Below are positions 62,090 to 64,000 of a DNA stretch of 64,000 bases, in pieces (the stretch's first letter is position 1; every line of letters starts with the position of its first letter). The notes below the pieces were generated by a model. It saw only the letters and a program-made list of their open reading frames with translations, was not told the origin of the DNA and ran no database searches. A program made the position numbers and the translations under genes. Source of the stretch: Patescibacteria group bacterium (GTDB lineage: Bacteria > Patescibacteriota > Microgenomatia > UBA10105 > UBA927). The stretch is from NCBI GenBank assembly GCA_018821245.1, contig JAHJMO010000009.1, positions 199 to 64,198 on the forward strand. The letters are read 5' to 3'.

Positions 62090-63760
62090 TCAATTAGTGC
62101 GATTTTCTTTTTGAATACGTTTTATTTCATCATAAATAACCACAGCATTTGATGGTTTGCCAAGTTGTATTTCTACTTCCGCAAGAAGCGACCAAAGACG
62201 CAGGTTTGTCGGAAATAGTTGTATGCCTTCCTGAAGTATTTTTTTAGACTCTTGCGGATTGTTTTTTTTAAGATTCGTGGCAAGGTTGTAATACGGTTCA
62301 AATTGCTTTTTGTCTAATGCAAGTGCCTGGTAATAGTATTCTATGCTCTTTTCATTTTGTCCGATTTTATTATATAAAGATCCAAGATTATTCAGCGCGC
62401 GGGTTGTAGGAAAAAAAGAAATTGAGCGCACATAATGAGCAATGGCTTCTTCGTTTTGGTTTTTGAGCAGATATTCACCCGCAATAAGATTTTCAAGATC
62501 ATAATTCGTGTGAACGTCAGAATCATGGAGATAAAGCGTGAGATTGTCTTTCCAGTTTTGTATTCGTACGATCGATCTCATGGACAGCGTGATGAATATA
62601 ATACAGAAAAAAGTATATAAAATTTTGGAGGAAATCTTATTTTGAATATGGATAAACAATAACCCCATGACTCCTAAAATCCCGATACTTGAAGCATAAA
62701 ACCATCGGTCTGCAACTGTCATATCCAATGGGATAATGTGCAGGTGTAAGATAAGCGATATAGTCAACCAGCTCATAAACAATATGTATGCCCGTTGCTC
62801 CTTTTTGTCTTTCCTGCATAATCGACTAACTAAAATAAGCAATAGGATTACAATGGCGTCAATTATGAAAGGAATATAAAAATTAGACATTGTTGGAGTA
62901 GTAATAAGCCAATGCTGATCGATAGAAAGGTGTATTGGAAAGAAAAAAGTTTGAAAATAATATAACAGTATTTTTGGTACGCTTAATAAGCGTATTAATA
63001 AAGATTTTGACATGATAGCCGAAGGCAAAAGCTGAATGTCATAAACGTTATGTGCTGCAATAAAACGTAAAATAAGGTACGTGACAAACGCAATAAGCGA
63101 GGTTAAGAGAGCCTTATTAATTCGCTCCCTTTTCTCTAATAAGATGAAAAGAGGAAAAAGTAGTATAAAAACAACACCGGTTTCTTTTGATAACAAAGAC
63201 AGAAGTAAACACAAGCTTGATAATATAAGAAAAACTTTGTTAGAGCGCATGAATGTAGTTCGAAGCGCCAATAATCCGAAAAACAGATAAAGCGTGTCCT
63301 GCAGTGCTGCTGTATAAATAGATGCCTCTAAATTTATCGGGTGGATGAGAAAAACAACAGAAAGAAAAAAAGCAAGTATTTTGGGAAAAAAGAGAAGAAA
63401 CAAAGAATAGACAAGGAAAGCACATGCGCTATGAATAATAAGTTGAAACGCATGATACGCTAATGGTGAAACACCAAAAAAAATATAGACTATTTTATAG
63501 ACAATATGAGCGAAAGGTTTGTAATAAAAATTAAAAAAACCTATCGCGGCATGCTGAAAGGGAAAACCTTTTACGAGCAGATTTGGGATGGATTTGTTGG
63601 AAAGAATTGGCATATACGTCATAACAAGCGCCGTATCATCCCAAACAAACCCATTTCTTAAACTTCCACCAAGGACACAAAAACCAATCAATAATAGTAT
63701 TAGAAGCGGATAGATACGAGACATCTTAGGGAACATCAAGTTGAAGCTCTTTCTTTTCAT
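62090..63760 (-). CDS. polytopic membrane protein with C-terminal TPR repeats (PMT/ArnT-like GT-C glycosyltransferase candidate)
   Basis: about 11 TM N-terminal domain, GFVWDDTALV near N-terminus, C-terminal TPR (YYNLATNLKK..., LGSLYNKIGQNEKSIEYYYQAL). Confidence 0.5.
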   Translation of the reverse strand: MKRKSFNLMFPKMSRIYPLLILLLIGFCVLGGSLRNGFVWDDTALVMTYMPILSNKSIPNLLVKGFPFQHAAIGFFNFYYKPFAHIVYKIVYIFFGVSPLAYHAFQLIIHSACAFLVYSLFLLFFPKILAFFLSVVFLIHPINLEASIYTAALQDTLYLFFGLLALRTTFMRSNKVFLILSSLCLLLSLLSKETGVVFILLFPLFILLEKRERINKALLTSLIAFVTYLILRFIAAHNVYDIQLLPSAIMSKSLLIRLLSVPKILLYYFQTFFFPIHLSIDQHWLITTPTMSNFYIPFIIDAIVILLLILVSRLCRKDKKEQRAYILFMSWLTISLILHLHIIPLDMTVADRWFYASSIGILGVMGLLFIHIQNKISSKILYTFFCIIFITLSMRSIVRIQNWKDNLTLYLHDSDVHTNYDLENLIAGEYLLKNQNEEAIAHYVRSISFFPTTRALNNLGSLYNKIGQNEKSIEYYYQALALDKKQFEPYYNLATNLKKNNPQESKKILQEGIQLFPTNLRLWSLLAEVEIQLGKPSNAVVIYDEIKRIQKENRTN

Positions 63761-63834
63761 ACAATAAGTATCAACAGGTTACCTGGATCGTATCATATTG
63801 AGATACAACAATACTGTACAATCCTTACCGTCAT

Positions 63835-63870
63835 ACTTGACTTATTGCAACTGATTTGCAATAATTCCGC
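63835..63870 (+). promoter_or_regulatory. promoter TTGACT-17-AATAAT with embedded inverted repeat ATTGCAA-CTGAT-TTGCAAT (putative Fur-family operator)
   Basis: read directly upstream of the fur-like ATG at 63878. Confidence 0.4.
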
Positions 63871-63877
63871 AAGAGAT

Positions 63878-64000
63878 ATGACCAATGTTTCCCACATACT
63901 CCGAAAGACGGGGCATCGACTCACTAAACAACGGCAGCAGATTTTGCGCGCGCTAACCTGCCGGCCACAAAGTGTTGAAGAGATCAAGTCAGCTCTTCTC
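63878..64000 (+). CDS. fur: Fur-family metalloregulator (3'-partial at window edge)
   Basis: LRKTGHRLTKQRQQILRALTCRPQSVEEI matches the Fur/PerR/Zur N-terminal wHTH. Confidence 0.55.
   Translation, partial: MTNVSHILRKTGHRLTKQRQQILRALTCRPQSVEEIKSALL

Overview
This 64-kb window is AT-rich, gene-dense and uses the standard genetic code. TGA is a real stop here, shown by the ATGA stop/start overlaps at rpsP/KH (3330-3333) and by the trmD stop. The gene content and reductions (rpsP-KH-trmD without rimM or rplS, weak Shine-Dalgarno sequences, many GTG/TTG starts, a large type IV pilus locus, and housekeeping genes) fit a reduced-genome bacterium of the Candidate Phyla Radiation (Patescibacteria) type. 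Left to right: recG (5'-partial), rpmF, nusB, rnc, rpsP, a KH protein, trmD; then about 15 kb of type IV pilus genes on the minus strand (pilO, pilN, pilM, a PilX-like protein, about six prepilin-type pilins, pilD, pilC, pilT, pilB), interrupted by two large GT-C-like membrane proteins (YfhO-like and DUF2723/TMEM260-like); holB; gyrB, an H+-pyrophosphatase gene, gyrA; a TrpR/YerC-like regulator flanked by identical palindromes; folD; an orphan C39-like peptidase; a Xer recombinase; and a gene-free, repeat-rich region of about 1 kb. Then come yebC, a TPR protein, an LCP protein, an uncharacterised two-gene pair (a 486-aa protein and a 396-aa protein with a C-terminal OmpR-type winged helix) followed by a zinc-ribbon protein and two orphan receiver domains; a kefB-like gene, rluA-family, dksA-like, lgt, an MFS transporter, pepA, tRNA-Leu(CAA), dnaB, an MBL hydrolase, two secreted proteins, a second YerC-like regulator next to a histidine/aromatic ammonia-lyase homologue, pepP (M24), hisS, an EamA transporter, rpmE, an N-terminally truncated RF1-like release factor, htrA, ctpA, rpsR-ssb-rpsF, ychF, thpR, a TPR-membrane protein and a 5' fragment of a Fur-family gene. 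The most unusual signals are (i) GT-C glycosyltransferase-like genes embedded in the pilus locus, (ii) a roughly 1-kb structured non-coding region beside xer, (iii) the uncharacterised wHTH/receiver module at 34.9-38.7 kb, (iv) a short palindromic repeat family (AAGGCCNGGCCTT) inserted four times in two reading frames inside pepP and once intergenically, (v) an 8-nt x4 tandem repeat inside the rluA-family CDS, and (vi) a release factor lacking domain 1.
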